A stretch of DNA of 64,000 nt from an uncultured Phycisphaerales bacterium (GTDB lineage Bacteria > Planctomycetota > Phycisphaerae > UBA1845). This document shows positions 55,536-64,000 of the stretch, in pieces; the stretch's first letter is position 1; the number at the start of each line of letters is the position of its first letter. The notes beneath the pieces were generated by a model, which was not told where the DNA came from, did not search any database, and worked only from the letters and a program-made list of their open reading frames with translations. Position numbers and translations under genes: made by a program. The stretch spans positions 3,636-67,635 of the forward strand of contig CBDUZO010000008.1 in assembly GCA_965371725.1 (NCBI GenBank), given 5' to 3'.

Positions 55536-56809
55536 TCGCCCTCGCTATGCTCGATGCCGACAGTGACGGACAGCCCCGGCCTGAGCTTAGACCAGCGATC
55601 GTCTCGTTGGATCGCGATCTTGATGGGGACGCGTTGGACGACCTTTGTGAACTCGCCGGCGGAATTGTCTCGCGGAATGAGGGCGAAGTTTGCCCCAGTG
55701 GCTTTACCGATTTTGATGACCTTGCCGCGAAAACGCGGGTTGAACGCATCCGCGTCCAGGTCAACGCCATTGCCGACGGCCACCCCTTCGAGCTTGGTTT
55801 CCTCCAGGTTGGCGGTGACATAGAGGTTCTCCGGATCGTAGATGCTCACGACCGGATAGCCCGGCGAAACGAAGCCGCCCGCGTTCAGAAACTTCTTGGC
55901 CACCACGCCGTCAAACGGCGCCAGGATTCGTGTGTGTTCAAGATTCGTCTCGGCTACATCGAGCGCCTTGCGCGCCGCTTCGACCTCAGCGGCTAACAGC
56001 TCGATTTCCTTTTCATCTTCTTCGACCTCCAGATGTCCCAGCCGGGCCAGTTCGAGCGACTTGCGTGCCCTCTCAACCCCGTGCTCTGCCGACTGCAAGT
56101 CATGCCCGGCAATCTCGATTCGACTGCGGGCAGCTTCGGCCTGCGCCAACTTCGCCAGCGTGATCTCCAGGTTGGCCTGAGCGGTTTTGTACGCCATGGT
56201 GGCGGCGTCAAGTTTGGCCTTGGGTACGGATTCTTCCTCGAACAGCTTGGTGAATCGATCGTAATCCTGCTTGGCTTTGTCCAGGGTGGCCTGGGCGGAC
56301 CTCACCCCGTCTGTTGCCGCCCTGATGCCTTCCTCGATGTTTCGTGTGGTCAACTCCAGGAAATTCTGGGCTTTCTGGTAACTGTCCTCGGCAATCGCCA
56401 AGTCCCGCTCGGCGATCGCGATCTTCACATCGAGTTCCTTCGCCGAGCGCTCAGCAGTGACGACGGCCTTCGCACGGTCTCTGACAGTCACTTCCACGCC
56501 AGCCTGCGCGAGTTCAACCTGTCGGCGATAGTCGGTTTCGTCGATCCGCGCAAGAAGCTGTCCTGTTTGCACCGCGTCGCCGTCGTCTACGAGCATCTCC
56601 GCGATGTGACCGGCAACCAACGGAGCAACGTTGACCAAATCGGATTCGACGAACGCGTTGTCGGTGATCGAGTGCGTGAAGCGGTAATGCAGCCAACGCG
56701 CGCCAAGGGGCACGAGGACCAGAAGCGCAGCAACCAGAAGTACGACCTGGATGATTCGTTTCCACGACCATTCGTGCTTCCGAGGTTTGTCGGGTGCTTC
56801 CTTTGCCAT
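55532..56809 (-). CDS. HlyD/EmrA-family efflux adaptor protein
   Basis: An N-terminal TM (IIQVVLLVAALLVLVPLGA), ...VAGHIAEMLVDDGDAVQTGQLLARID, a long coiled coil, and ...ILAPFDGVVAKKF... Confidence 0.88.
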   Translation of the reverse strand: MAKEAPDKPRKHEWSWKRIIQVVLLVAALLVLVPLGARWLHYRFTHSITDNAFVESDLVNVAPLVAGHIAEMLVDDGDAVQTGQLLARIDETDYRRQVELAQAGVEVTVRDRAKAVVTAERSAKELDVKIAIAERDLAIAEDSYQKAQNFLELTTRNIEEGIRAATDGVRSAQATLDKAKQDYDRFTKLFEEESVPKAKLDAATMAYKTAQANLEITLAKLAQAEAARSRIEIAGHDLQSAEHGVERARKSLELARLGHLEVEEDEKEIELLAAEVEAARKALDVAETNLEHTRILAPFDGVVAKKFLNAGGFVSPGYPVVSIYDPENLYVTANLEETKLEGVAVGNGVDLDADAFNPRFRGKVIKIGKATGANFALIPRDNSAGEFTKVVQRVPIKIAIQRDDRWSKLRPGLSVTVGIEHSEGE

Positions 56810-56813
56810 GTGC

Positions 56814-58376
56814 CTAATTCTCCTGCGTCAGAGCGTTTGCGTTTGAGACCTCGGACGTGCTGGCGTCTGCGGCCTCAGTCGCCGATGGCAACGCCGCCGA
56901 TGTCCATTCGGACACAGCCGCTCCGACGGCGTAGTCGAGCCGCCGCAGCGCGACCAGATAGTCATACACGGCCGCGTAGTAGTTCTGCCGCGCGCGGGTC
57001 ACGAGCGTTTCAGCGTCCACCACGTCGGTTGGCGTCGCTGCCGTCTGGGCGTACTTGTTGTTGATGAGCCGCAGGTTTTCACCCGCCTGAGCAACTGCGC
57101 TTTCTGAAAGAACGATTCGCTCCCTCGCTTCGTTGATCGCCAAGTGCGCCTGCTTGACCTCAAAGGCGATGCCGTCGCAGACCTGCTTGGCCATCTCGAT
57201 TGCACTGCGTACACGCGCCTGAGCCGCCTGCGTTTCACCGGTTTGCCGTCCTCCGGTAAAGAGGTCGATTTGAATCCCGACCGTTCCAGTGAGCAACGTC
57301 TTCTCCAACTGGAAATCGTCCTCTAAGTGACTGGCCGACCCCGCAACGAAGATTCGTGGAAGATGCTCCGCCTGCGTCGCCGACAACCCGTGCTGGGCAG
57401 AGAGAACCGATTTCTGCACCACCTGAAACTCCCGGCGGTTCTCTACCGCCAGTTCAAGACACTCCACGAATGGACGCGCGAAGGGAGGCCGAGATTCAAC
57501 GTCGATGATTTCGGTGGGATGATTGACGTTGATGCCCAGCACTCGATTCAGCGCTGCGACGGTCACCTCGACGACGTTTCCCGCGCTAACCAAGCCTTGA
57601 CGGGTCTCTGCGACTTGAACCTCGGCTCGAAGAACGTCGTTCTTGTCCACAACTCCTTGGCGGAAGAAACTCCGCACGGTCTTCAGGTGCGATTCGGCCT
57701 GGTTCACCGCATCGTGGGCGATGATGTGGGCCTTCTGGCCGCGAAGAACGGCGAAATAGGATTCCGTCACCTGAAAAGCGATCGTCTCCCGTAACCTCTG
57801 ATACTGGAGTTGTGCGATATCCACCCCGAGTCTCGCCTGTTCATACCGGCCCAACGACCGGCCGAAATCCCAGATGGTCATTTGCACATGGAGCTCAGCC
57901 TGTTGGAACTGCTTTTCTCCGCTCTCCACAGGAATGTGGATAGGAAGACTACGCGTGATGAAGCCCGGTTGACGGTCTCGCCAGTTGTAGCCATACGCAG
58001 CCGCCGCATAGGGCAGGAACGCCGACCGGGCAATGACCTTGCCCGCTCGGGCTTCTTCGATCGCTTCCTCGGCAATTCGCAAGACCGGGCTTTCCTGGTA
58101 GGCGATCTCGATCGCCTCATCGAGCGTGATCGGATGCTCGGGCTGCCAAGCATGTGCTGCTATTGGGCTGCGGGAAGCGCCGGGCTGCGGTGGCGCCGGT
58201 TCAGTCGTGGGCGGCAGGATGCGCGAACGCAGCTCTGCTACCGGTACGCGCCGGTCCGGTTGCACGCAACCTGTCAACAAATACACAGAACAAGCCGCTA
58301 TGCCCAGGCAAACGAGCCTCGCATGGCGTGTGGTCGGGCTGGCTCGGCGTTTGGCGACTACGCTTCGGTTCGTCAC
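56814..58376 (-). CDS. TolC-family outer-membrane efflux protein (lipoprotein)
   Basis: Lipobox VYLLTGC. Duplicated OEP repeats (...AEEAIEEARAGKVIARSAFLP..., ...LRRLDYAVG). Confidence 0.85.
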   Translation of the reverse strand: MTNRSVVAKRRASPTTRHARLVCLGIAACSVYLLTGCVQPDRRVPVAELRSRILPPTTEPAPPQPGASRSPIAAHAWQPEHPITLDEAIEIAYQESPVLRIAEEAIEEARAGKVIARSAFLPYAAAAYGYNWRDRQPGFITRSLPIHIPVESGEKQFQQAELHVQMTIWDFGRSLGRYEQARLGVDIAQLQYQRLRETIAFQVTESYFAVLRGQKAHIIAHDAVNQAESHLKTVRSFFRQGVVDKNDVLRAEVQVAETRQGLVSAGNVVEVTVAALNRVLGINVNHPTEIIDVESRPPFARPFVECLELAVENRREFQVVQKSVLSAQHGLSATQAEHLPRIFVAGSASHLEDDFQLEKTLLTGTVGIQIDLFTGGRQTGETQAAQARVRSAIEMAKQVCDGIAFEVKQAHLAINEARERIVLSESAVAQAGENLRLINNKYAQTAATPTDVVDAETLVTRARQNYYAAVYDYLVALRRLDYAVGAAVSEWTSAALPSATEAADASTSEVSNANALTQEN

Positions 58377-58380
58377 TGTG

Positions 58381-60075
58381 CTACAGCCTCCGTGATCGCC
58401 ACATTGAGAATACCATTGCTAACCCGAGAATGGCCGCTACGAGGTAACCGGCAAAACCAATGACGGGCAGACCGAGAAACGTCGGACCGCCGGAGATTCG
58501 CATGAGTAAGGATGAGCCGACAATCAGCGCGCCGACGATCATCCCAAACGTGAGGCGGTTCGCGGATCGTTCGTGCGAGTCCGTTAGGCGACGAATGTCC
58601 TCTCGGCGAACCGTGATCTTAAAGCCTCCGCCCCTGAAGGATGAAACAAGTTCACGAACATCACTGGGCAGCGATCGCCCAAGCCTGACCATATCCCACA
58701 GCGCCGCTGACACGTCACTCACAACACGACGAGCGGAATACCGGCGTTTCAGCAGTTCCTCGACATACGGCCGTATCTGCGACGCGATATCGAGGCTTGG
58801 GTCCAAATTGCGGCCAACCTGTTCTATCGTGGCCAGAGCCTTGATTAGAAGCGTATACCTGGGTGGCAGTACAAGCCCGTGTTGCTGGAGGATGCCGACC
58901 ACGCGATTCAGCGCTTCGCCGAATGCAAGTCCTTCCATCATTCGCTCGGCGTCGGATTCGATGAACTCGTGGATGTCGCGTTCCAAGGCCTTGCGGTTGA
59001 CGCCGCCCGTCGTCTGCGCCAGTTCCAGAACGGCCGACGTGGCCTGGGAGGTATCCTTGCGGAAAACCGCGAGCAGCAGATCGGCGAAGCGTTCGGTGTC
59101 GTCGGGCATCAACTGTCCGACCATCCCGCAGTCGATAAGGCAAATCACGTCACCCGGAAGGACGAAGATATTTCCGGGGTGTGGGTCGCCGTGGAACAGA
59201 CCGTGCTCGAATACTTGCTTGAGGACAACCTCCACACCGTTGTGCGCGATGCTCGCAAAATCGTGGCCGTCCCGACGCAGCTTGTCCATATCTCGCAGAG
59301 AGATCCCGGCGATCCACTCCATGGTCAGGACACGCGGCGTACTCAGATCAGAGTAGACCGTCGGGAAATGGACTATGTCGGAGCCGTCGAAGTTACGGAT
59401 GAAGCGCTCCAACGTCCGGGCTTCGTGGACGAAATCCAGTTCCCGCCGCACCGAGCGTGAGAACTCTTCCACAGTCCCCACTGGGTCGAAACCCGGCGTG
59501 TCGATTCCGCGCTCGACAAGCCATTCGGCAATCGATCCGAGCAATTCCGTGTCAGACTCGATGAGTGAAGCGATACCCGGCCTCTGGACCTTTACCGCAA
59601 CCTCCGTGCCATCCTTCAATGTGGCGCGATGCACTTGGCTGATCGAGGCGGACGCTATCGGCGTCTCGTCGAAACTCCCGAATGCTTCCGCAGGGTCGCG
59701 CCCAAGCTCGGCTAGGATTACCTGCGCTGCCTCTTCGTTCGAGACAGGCGGAACGCGATCTTGCAGCGTTTCCAGGTCGGCACAGATGTCTGGCGGAATC
59801 AGGTCGGGCCGCGTACTGAGCACCTGGCCGAGTTTGACATAGGTTGGTCCGAGCTCGATAAGCACGGCCCGCAACCGCTCGCCACGCGACGATTGGGCTC
59901 TCGCCGAGTCCGGCGTCAACCTTAGCCCAGCGGTCAACCGGGCCGGCATCGCATCGAGCAGATGCAGACGCGTCACGACCTCGCCGAAGCCATGCCGGGC
60001 GAGCACGCGTACGATCTCAGCGAGTCTTTTGGCGTTCCGGATGCCCCGCGTGATGCGAGCAATCCCCGCCATCAA
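58381..60075 (-). CDS. ABC1/UbiB-family atypical kinase
   Basis: ...LGPTYVKLGQVLSTRPDLIP...PIASASISQVHRATLKDGTEVAVKVQRPG...FHGDPHPGNIFV... Two C-terminal TM helices. Confidence 0.9.
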   Translation of the reverse strand: MMAGIARITRGIRNAKRLAEIVRVLARHGFGEVVTRLHLLDAMPARLTAGLRLTPDSARAQSSRGERLRAVLIELGPTYVKLGQVLSTRPDLIPPDICADLETLQDRVPPVSNEEAAQVILAELGRDPAEAFGSFDETPIASASISQVHRATLKDGTEVAVKVQRPGIASLIESDTELLGSIAEWLVERGIDTPGFDPVGTVEEFSRSVRRELDFVHEARTLERFIRNFDGSDIVHFPTVYSDLSTPRVLTMEWIAGISLRDMDKLRRDGHDFASIAHNGVEVVLKQVFEHGLFHGDPHPGNIFVLPGDVICLIDCGMVGQLMPDDTERFADLLLAVFRKDTSQATSAVLELAQTTGGVNRKALERDIHEFIESDAERMMEGLAFGEALNRVVGILQQHGLVLPPRYTLLIKALATIEQVGRNLDPSLDIASQIRPYVEELLKRRYSARRVVSDVSAALWDMVRLGRSLPSDVRELVSSFRGGGFKITVRREDIRRLTDSHERSANRLTFGMIVGALIVGSSLLMRISGGPTFLGLPVIGFAGYLVAAILGLAMVFSMWRSRRL

Positions 60076-60377
60076 TGCTGCTCCTTGCCGAGCCCGCTCT
60101 CCAACTTGCCTACGCGGTCAGCCAGCCCGTCGAACTCCTCACGGCTCGGCGATCCCGCAGTCTTCAACGCGTCCTGCACCGTCTTGGCCACGAGTTCCTT
60201 TACTTCCTTCTGGTTCAAGGCGACACGTTCGCGCCATTCAGTCATCACCTTCTGGCCCTCCTCTTCGCTGAGTTCCCCCTTGTGACGAAGCTCAGCGATT
60301 GCCGTTTTAACTTCGTCCTCAACCATCGAAATCGCCCCGACTCCCATCATGCCCAGTCGCTTCAGTGCATCCAACAT
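60072..60377 (-). CDS. Phasin-family (PHA granule-associated, PF05597-like) protein
   Basis: Start at ATG 60377 with an AAGGAG RBS. MLDALKRLGMMGVGAISMVEDEVK...SPSREEFDGLADRVGKLESGL. The stop overlaps the start of the UbiB gene. Confidence 0.65.
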   Translation of the reverse strand: MLDALKRLGMMGVGAISMVEDEVKTAIAELRHKGELSEEEGQKVMTEWRERVALNQKEVKELVAKTVQDALKTAGSPSREEFDGLADRVGKLESGLGKEQH

Positions 60378-60465
60378 CGCTTGTGTCTCCTTTTCACATA
60401 CATCACCGGGCTCGTTAATCACCATCTTGGGTGATCGTACGCATCCGCTGCCGTTTCAATCTGAA

Positions 60466-60906
60466 TCAGCCCGACTTCGCTTGGGCCAAACGAGTCAACT
60501 CCAACAGTCGATCCCGCGTTCGCTTGAACTGCGAGGCAAACTGTCTAATATGAATCTCGGTCTGTCTGATAGCCTCGTTCTGACTTCTGCCTTTCTCCAC
60601 GGCCTCATGCGCTCTTCTGACGTCATCGTACAAGCGGCTTATGAGAGCGTATTCCTCGCGGAGGGCTTCCCGAATCTCGCTGTCATGGCCTGGCTCTAGT
60701 GGCTCGCTCAGGCTTTCAACAGACACCGCAGCGAGTTCCCAGAGAGCCTGTTCTGTTCTCTGGAGCAACGCTATGGCGTCATCCACATCTTTCTCGAAGG
60801 CGCCGGTGCCAGGCCACCTTTGGTTCTGCTCCTGAACCTTGGTTATGAGCTGGTGAGTTTTCTTGAGCAAATCTTCCATTTGTTTGAATGACTGTTCATT
60901 CAGCAT
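60466..60906 (-). CDS. Hypothetical coiled-coil protein (146 aa)
   Basis: Internal ATG 60906 (MLNEQSFKQMEDLLKK...). All-helical, charged sequence with no motif. Confidence 0.4.
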   Translation of the reverse strand: MLNEQSFKQMEDLLKKTHQLITKVQEQNQRWPGTGAFEKDVDDAIALLQRTEQALWELAAVSVESLSEPLEPGHDSEIREALREEYALISRLYDDVRRAHEAVEKGRSQNEAIRQTEIHIRQFASQFKRTRDRLLELTRLAQAKSG

Positions 60907-61097
60907 TTGCCTGTCCTTTGTCTTACTCCGGCTGGCCGTCTTGTCCCTACCGCGCCACCATGCTCGGCCCCTTCCGGTCAGGCTGTCGCTTTGTCCAATC
61001 CCGGGGAAGTCATACGTCCGCACACGTATTGTTGGTCCCAGATGCGGCCCGTAATCCGTTCATAGTCCTGGCCATATCCACATCGAGTATCCTTACC

Positions 61098-62321
61098 TTA
61101 TGCTTCCGGTGCATCTTCGTCTTTGTTCTCTGCTGACTGATCTGCCTGTGCTCTCTCGCGCAACGCATCTTTGACTCCGTGCACCATCCCACTTGCCGCT
61201 CCTTTAGCCGCCCCTTTGGCCATCGCGAGCAGGCCTGACCCCAGTTCGCGGGCCTCGTCCGCCGCGGCGCTGGCGGCCTCGCGAGTCAATTCACCGGCCT
61301 TGTGTACGGCTGATTGGGACGCTTTCCCAATGGCGCTGGCAGCCCTTTCTCCAAGGCGGCGCGAACGCTCCTGACCCTTCACCAGGGTCTGCTTTCCCGA
61401 TGCCTTCATTTCTTCGACGGCTTCTCGAGCCAAGCCGCTGGCGCCGTCGGCAAGGCCTGACAGCGTATCGAGAAACAACTCTTCCAATACTTCCAAATCC
61501 TCATACGTGCGACGCAGATCGCCCTTGGCAAACTCGGAACCCTTCTTCCCTGCCGCGGCCAGCTTCTGGCGCGTTGCCTCGGCAACGTCGTCCAGGGCCG
61601 CTTTGCTTCCTTTTAGTGCCGCGCCGGTGATTTCCTTCACTTTCGAGCCGGAAGCCTCCGCTGCCTCCATCGTTCCCTCGACAACTTCCTGAGTCACCCG
61701 CTGGACTCGTTCGGCAGTCAGACTGCCCTCCTGCAACGCACGCGTAGTCGCCTCCTGCGTAATCCGCTCGACCGTCTCTTCTACCGCCTCTCCTTTGGCG
61801 ATCGCTTTGTCCACCGCGTGGCGTGTGGCTTGCTGGGTCTGCCGCAACGCATCGAGGCTGGCCAGCTTGGCCTTCACCACGGCCTCTTCGACCGTTTGCC
61901 GCACGTCGGTGCCCAGGCTGTCCGCCTCGCTCCGGGCGGCCTCAAGCGCCGCACGCAAGTCGTCATGCAACGCCTCCTCACGTTTCTCTGCGCCTTGTGC
62001 GACTTCCTCAACCTTGGAGGTGAGCGACGCATAAGCATCCGCACCGGTCAGTCGAATACCCTCGGCCACGCCGGCTACCGCCGCGCCGGCACTCTGACGG
62101 ACGTCGCCTCCGACTTCGCGCGCCGCATCGGTCACCGCTCTAAGCGCCTCGCGCCCATGCGTCGCTGCTTCACTGGCGCCGATCTTGCCTTCACGCATCG
62201 CCGTGGTTACGCCCTCTGCCACCACCGCACGGATGCGTTCCGGCGTCGCCTTGCCCTGAATCATCTCCTCTGATACGGCCTGTTTGATCTTGTCGTAGAT
62301 GCCTTTCGTTTCTTCGCTCAT
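61098..62321 (-). CDS. Ala/Glu-rich repetitive helical protein (apolipoprotein/phasin-like), 407 aa
   Basis: Low-complexity amphipathic repeats (...AVAEGVTTAMREGK..., ...EAVVKAKLASLDALRQTQQATRHAVDKAIAKGEA...). No enzymatic motif. Confidence 0.55.
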   Translation of the reverse strand: MSEETKGIYDKIKQAVSEEMIQGKATPERIRAVVAEGVTTAMREGKIGASEAATHGREALRAVTDAAREVGGDVRQSAGAAVAGVAEGIRLTGADAYASLTSKVEEVAQGAEKREEALHDDLRAALEAARSEADSLGTDVRQTVEEAVVKAKLASLDALRQTQQATRHAVDKAIAKGEAVEETVERITQEATTRALQEGSLTAERVQRVTQEVVEGTMEAAEASGSKVKEITGAALKGSKAALDDVAEATRQKLAAAGKKGSEFAKGDLRRTYEDLEVLEELFLDTLSGLADGASGLAREAVEEMKASGKQTLVKGQERSRRLGERAASAIGKASQSAVHKAGELTREAASAAADEARELGSGLLAMAKGAAKGAASGMVHGVKDALRERAQADQSAENKDEDAPEA

Positions 62322-62359
62322 GACGTTCTCTCCTTGAAGTTGCTTTACTCTTCTTGCCT

Positions 62360-62989
62360 TTACGCCACATACGGTTCCAGGCAGACCGAACGAAAGAACA
62401 ACCGTTTGGCGTGCTCAGCTATCTCCTCTGGCGTAGTACTGTCCGGCCGCTCGATGAGCTTGGACAGAAGAGCGTTGCTCAATCCTTCCAGACTCAACGC
62501 GAGGATCTTCGGGTCGGCCTTTACAAACAGCCCGTTGCGGATGCCACTGCGAAGGACGGCCTCCAGCGCACGGAGCGCCCGCTGGTACATTGCGCGGGCC
62601 TCCCGATCGAGACCGGCCGCCGGCTGGAGAAATGCGCCCGAGGTCTGCGTGAAATACATCCGGGCGGTAGGAAGGCGCTTCGCAAACAGCGACGCTTTCG
62701 TGTCGATGTAGTGGGCTATCCGCTCGATTTCGGTCCCTGGTGCCTTGAGGGCCGCCGTCCACGCTTGCTCGAACTCGCTCACCGTTTCGAGGATCAAACT
62801 GCGGTACAGGGACTTCTTGTCCTTAAAGAACTTGTAGAGCGTTCCCACGGCAAACTCGGCCTGCTCGGCGATCTCGGCCATGGTGGTTTTCTGGAACCCC
62901 TTATGGGAAAAGAGGTTAAGCGCAGCCGCCAGGATCTCTCGCCGGTGCCGCTCGCGCTCCCGTTCTTTACGTGATAGCTTCGCGGCCAT
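62360..62989 (-). CDS. TetR/AcrR-family transcriptional regulator
   Basis: MAAKLSRKERERERHRREILAAALNLFSHKGFQKTTMAEIAEQAEFAVGTLYKFFKDKKSLY is the TetR HTH. Start chosen at ATG 62989 (GGGG 6 nt upstream). ATG 63007 or TTG 63013 are also possible. Confidence 0.85.
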   Translation of the reverse strand: MAAKLSRKERERERHRREILAAALNLFSHKGFQKTTMAEIAEQAEFAVGTLYKFFKDKKSLYRSLILETVSEFEQAWTAALKAPGTEIERIAHYIDTKASLFAKRLPTARMYFTQTSGAFLQPAAGLDREARAMYQRALRALEAVLRSGIRNGLFVKADPKILALSLEGLSNALLSKLIERPDSTTPEEIAEHAKRLFFRSVCLEPYVA

Positions 62990-63269
62990 TTCACGCCCCT
63001 TTACCATGAGCAATCATTGCTTTCTGAGAATCGTCGCCCAGGTTATGAATCTCTATTCAGAATATAACACGCGAATTCGCCCTCGTCAAGAACCATTCAC
63101 ATTTTTATTTCGTCGAGCGTGTCACGGAGCGTGGTCCCGGCCTCCCAGACGGACCAGGGGTCTGGCAGATCAGCACGCCGAACGCATTCTGGGGACACGG
63201 CCCAATGGACATGTGCTCGCCGGACCGGGCGGTCGCCCGGCGGCTCTCAGGACGGTGCCGGAGCCCGGT

Positions 63270-64000
63270 TCACCGACGTTTGAGCGAGTGGAGGCAGGCG
63301 TTTGTTGCCCGATACCCTTCGGCGATTCCCTCTTGGGCACGATTGAATTCCAGGAATCTGATGTGCCCCAAATTCGGCTGAATGAGAAGGTCGGGCGGGT
63401 CAGTCTTTAGCTTGGTAGCCGTGATCTGGCTTTCCATGATGTTGATCGACGAGCCCAACACCTCAAAGATGTTCGGCAGCGGATCATCCTTGGTCATCCA
63501 TGCGCTTAGCTGCAACAAAACGCGGGACTCTGACATCCCCAGGCTTTTGCCTAAAGTGTCCACGATCTTGCCCGCTTTTCCTGACCCCCATCCAAACTCG
63601 TTTGCAGGGTCGCCACCGCTCGAATTCGCGGCCAAGGACCTGCCGACCCCCTTCTTCGCAACGACGTCATGGTTCAGGTCAATAGCTATGACAAAGTCTG
63701 CCCCCATTTCCCTCACAACACTCACGGGCACGGGGTTGACCAGTCCGCCATCGACCAAGACGGTTCCGTTCTTTCTAACCGGCGTGAAGATGCCGGGAAC
63801 AGAGATGCTGGCGCGAATCGCCTCGATGAGGTCGCCGTCCTGAATGATGACTTCACGCCCCGTGGCCAGGTCGGTCGCTACAGCGATGAAGGGGATGGGC
63901 AAGTCTTCGATGTTCTCTCCCCGTACGTGGCCACGAACGAAATCAGCTACCTTCTTGCCGTCGATGAGGCCCGATTTGGGAAAGACGACATCGAAGAAAC
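63270..64000 (-). CDS. Patatin-like phospholipase, C-terminal part (N-terminus beyond the window end)
   Basis: The reverse frame is open to base 64000. It reads ...SGLIDGKKVADFVRGHV...LPIPFIAVATDLATGREV...ASISVPGIFTPV...LVDGGLVNPVPV, with the DGG catalytic Asp motif. Confidence 0.85.
   Translation of the reverse strand, partial: FFDVVFPKSGLIDGKKVADFVRGHVRGENIEDLPIPFIAVATDLATGREVIIQDGDLIEAIRASISVPGIFTPVRKNGTVLVDGGLVNPVPVSVVREMGADFVIAIDLNHDVVAKKGVGRSLAANSSGGDPANEFGWGSGKAGKIVDTLGKSLGMSESRVLLQLSAWMTKDDPLPNIFEVLGSSINIMESQITATKLKTDPPDLLIQPNLGHIRFLEFNRAQEGIAEGYRATNACLHSLKRR

Noticed and set aside
1-64000. A search for CRISPR arrays, rRNA, intact tRNA genes or intact IS elements
   Set aside because: By eye I saw no regularly spaced short repeats, no rRNA-like conserved blocks and no complete cloverleaf. 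Every transposase-like sequence is a short fragment. A tRNAscan/Infernal/ISfinder run would be needed to be certain.

Overview
GC-rich bacterial chromosomal segment. The gene content (DUF1580 and DUF1579 genes, giant signal-peptide/TM-anchored proteins, a Cys-rich dockerin-repeat protein) suggests a Planctomycetota-like genome; this is inferred from content, not from a search.

Layout:
- 1-1.7 kb: a chemoreceptor gene running off the window.
- 2.3-4.3 kb: decayed carbohydrate-utilisation genes abutting an IS fragment.
- 4.6-15.9 kb: two translationally coupled giant envelope proteins built from three paralogous modules.
- 16-20 kb: mobile-element debris (DUF1580 HTH, IS66-like remnant, orphan phage-type Dam methylase, helicase fragment).
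- 19.6-27.9 kb: NifX-like and YciH genes, then an ECF sigma / anti-sigma / Spy-like / MacAB-type efflux operon. Its last permease is interrupted by a 1.1-kb foreign insert bracketed by 145-bp direct repeats.
- 28-53 kb: a defence island.
- 54-64 kb: housekeeping-type genes (EmrAB-TolC-like efflux, UbiB kinase, phasin, TetR, patatin).

The defence island holds an AbiEi/AbiEii toxin-antitoxin pair, an uncharacterised three-gene cluster at 30.5-34.2 kb, more IS-truncated debris, and a 15-kb DISARM class-1-like operon.

The three-gene cluster is my best candidate for an undescribed system. Two of its proteins carry nucleoside-2-deoxyribosyltransferase/TIR-like Rossmann domains, one of them fused to a P-loop kinase-like domain whose Walker A lysine is replaced.

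The DISARM-like operon runs MerR, a 1723-aa DEAD-helicase/DUF1998/PD-(D/E)xK fusion, an SNF2 helicase, a pRiA4-ORF3-like protein, a 1424-aa Eco57I-type N6-adenine methylase, and a coupled membrane protein of unknown function.

All family assignments rest on motif recognition by eye. No database search was run.
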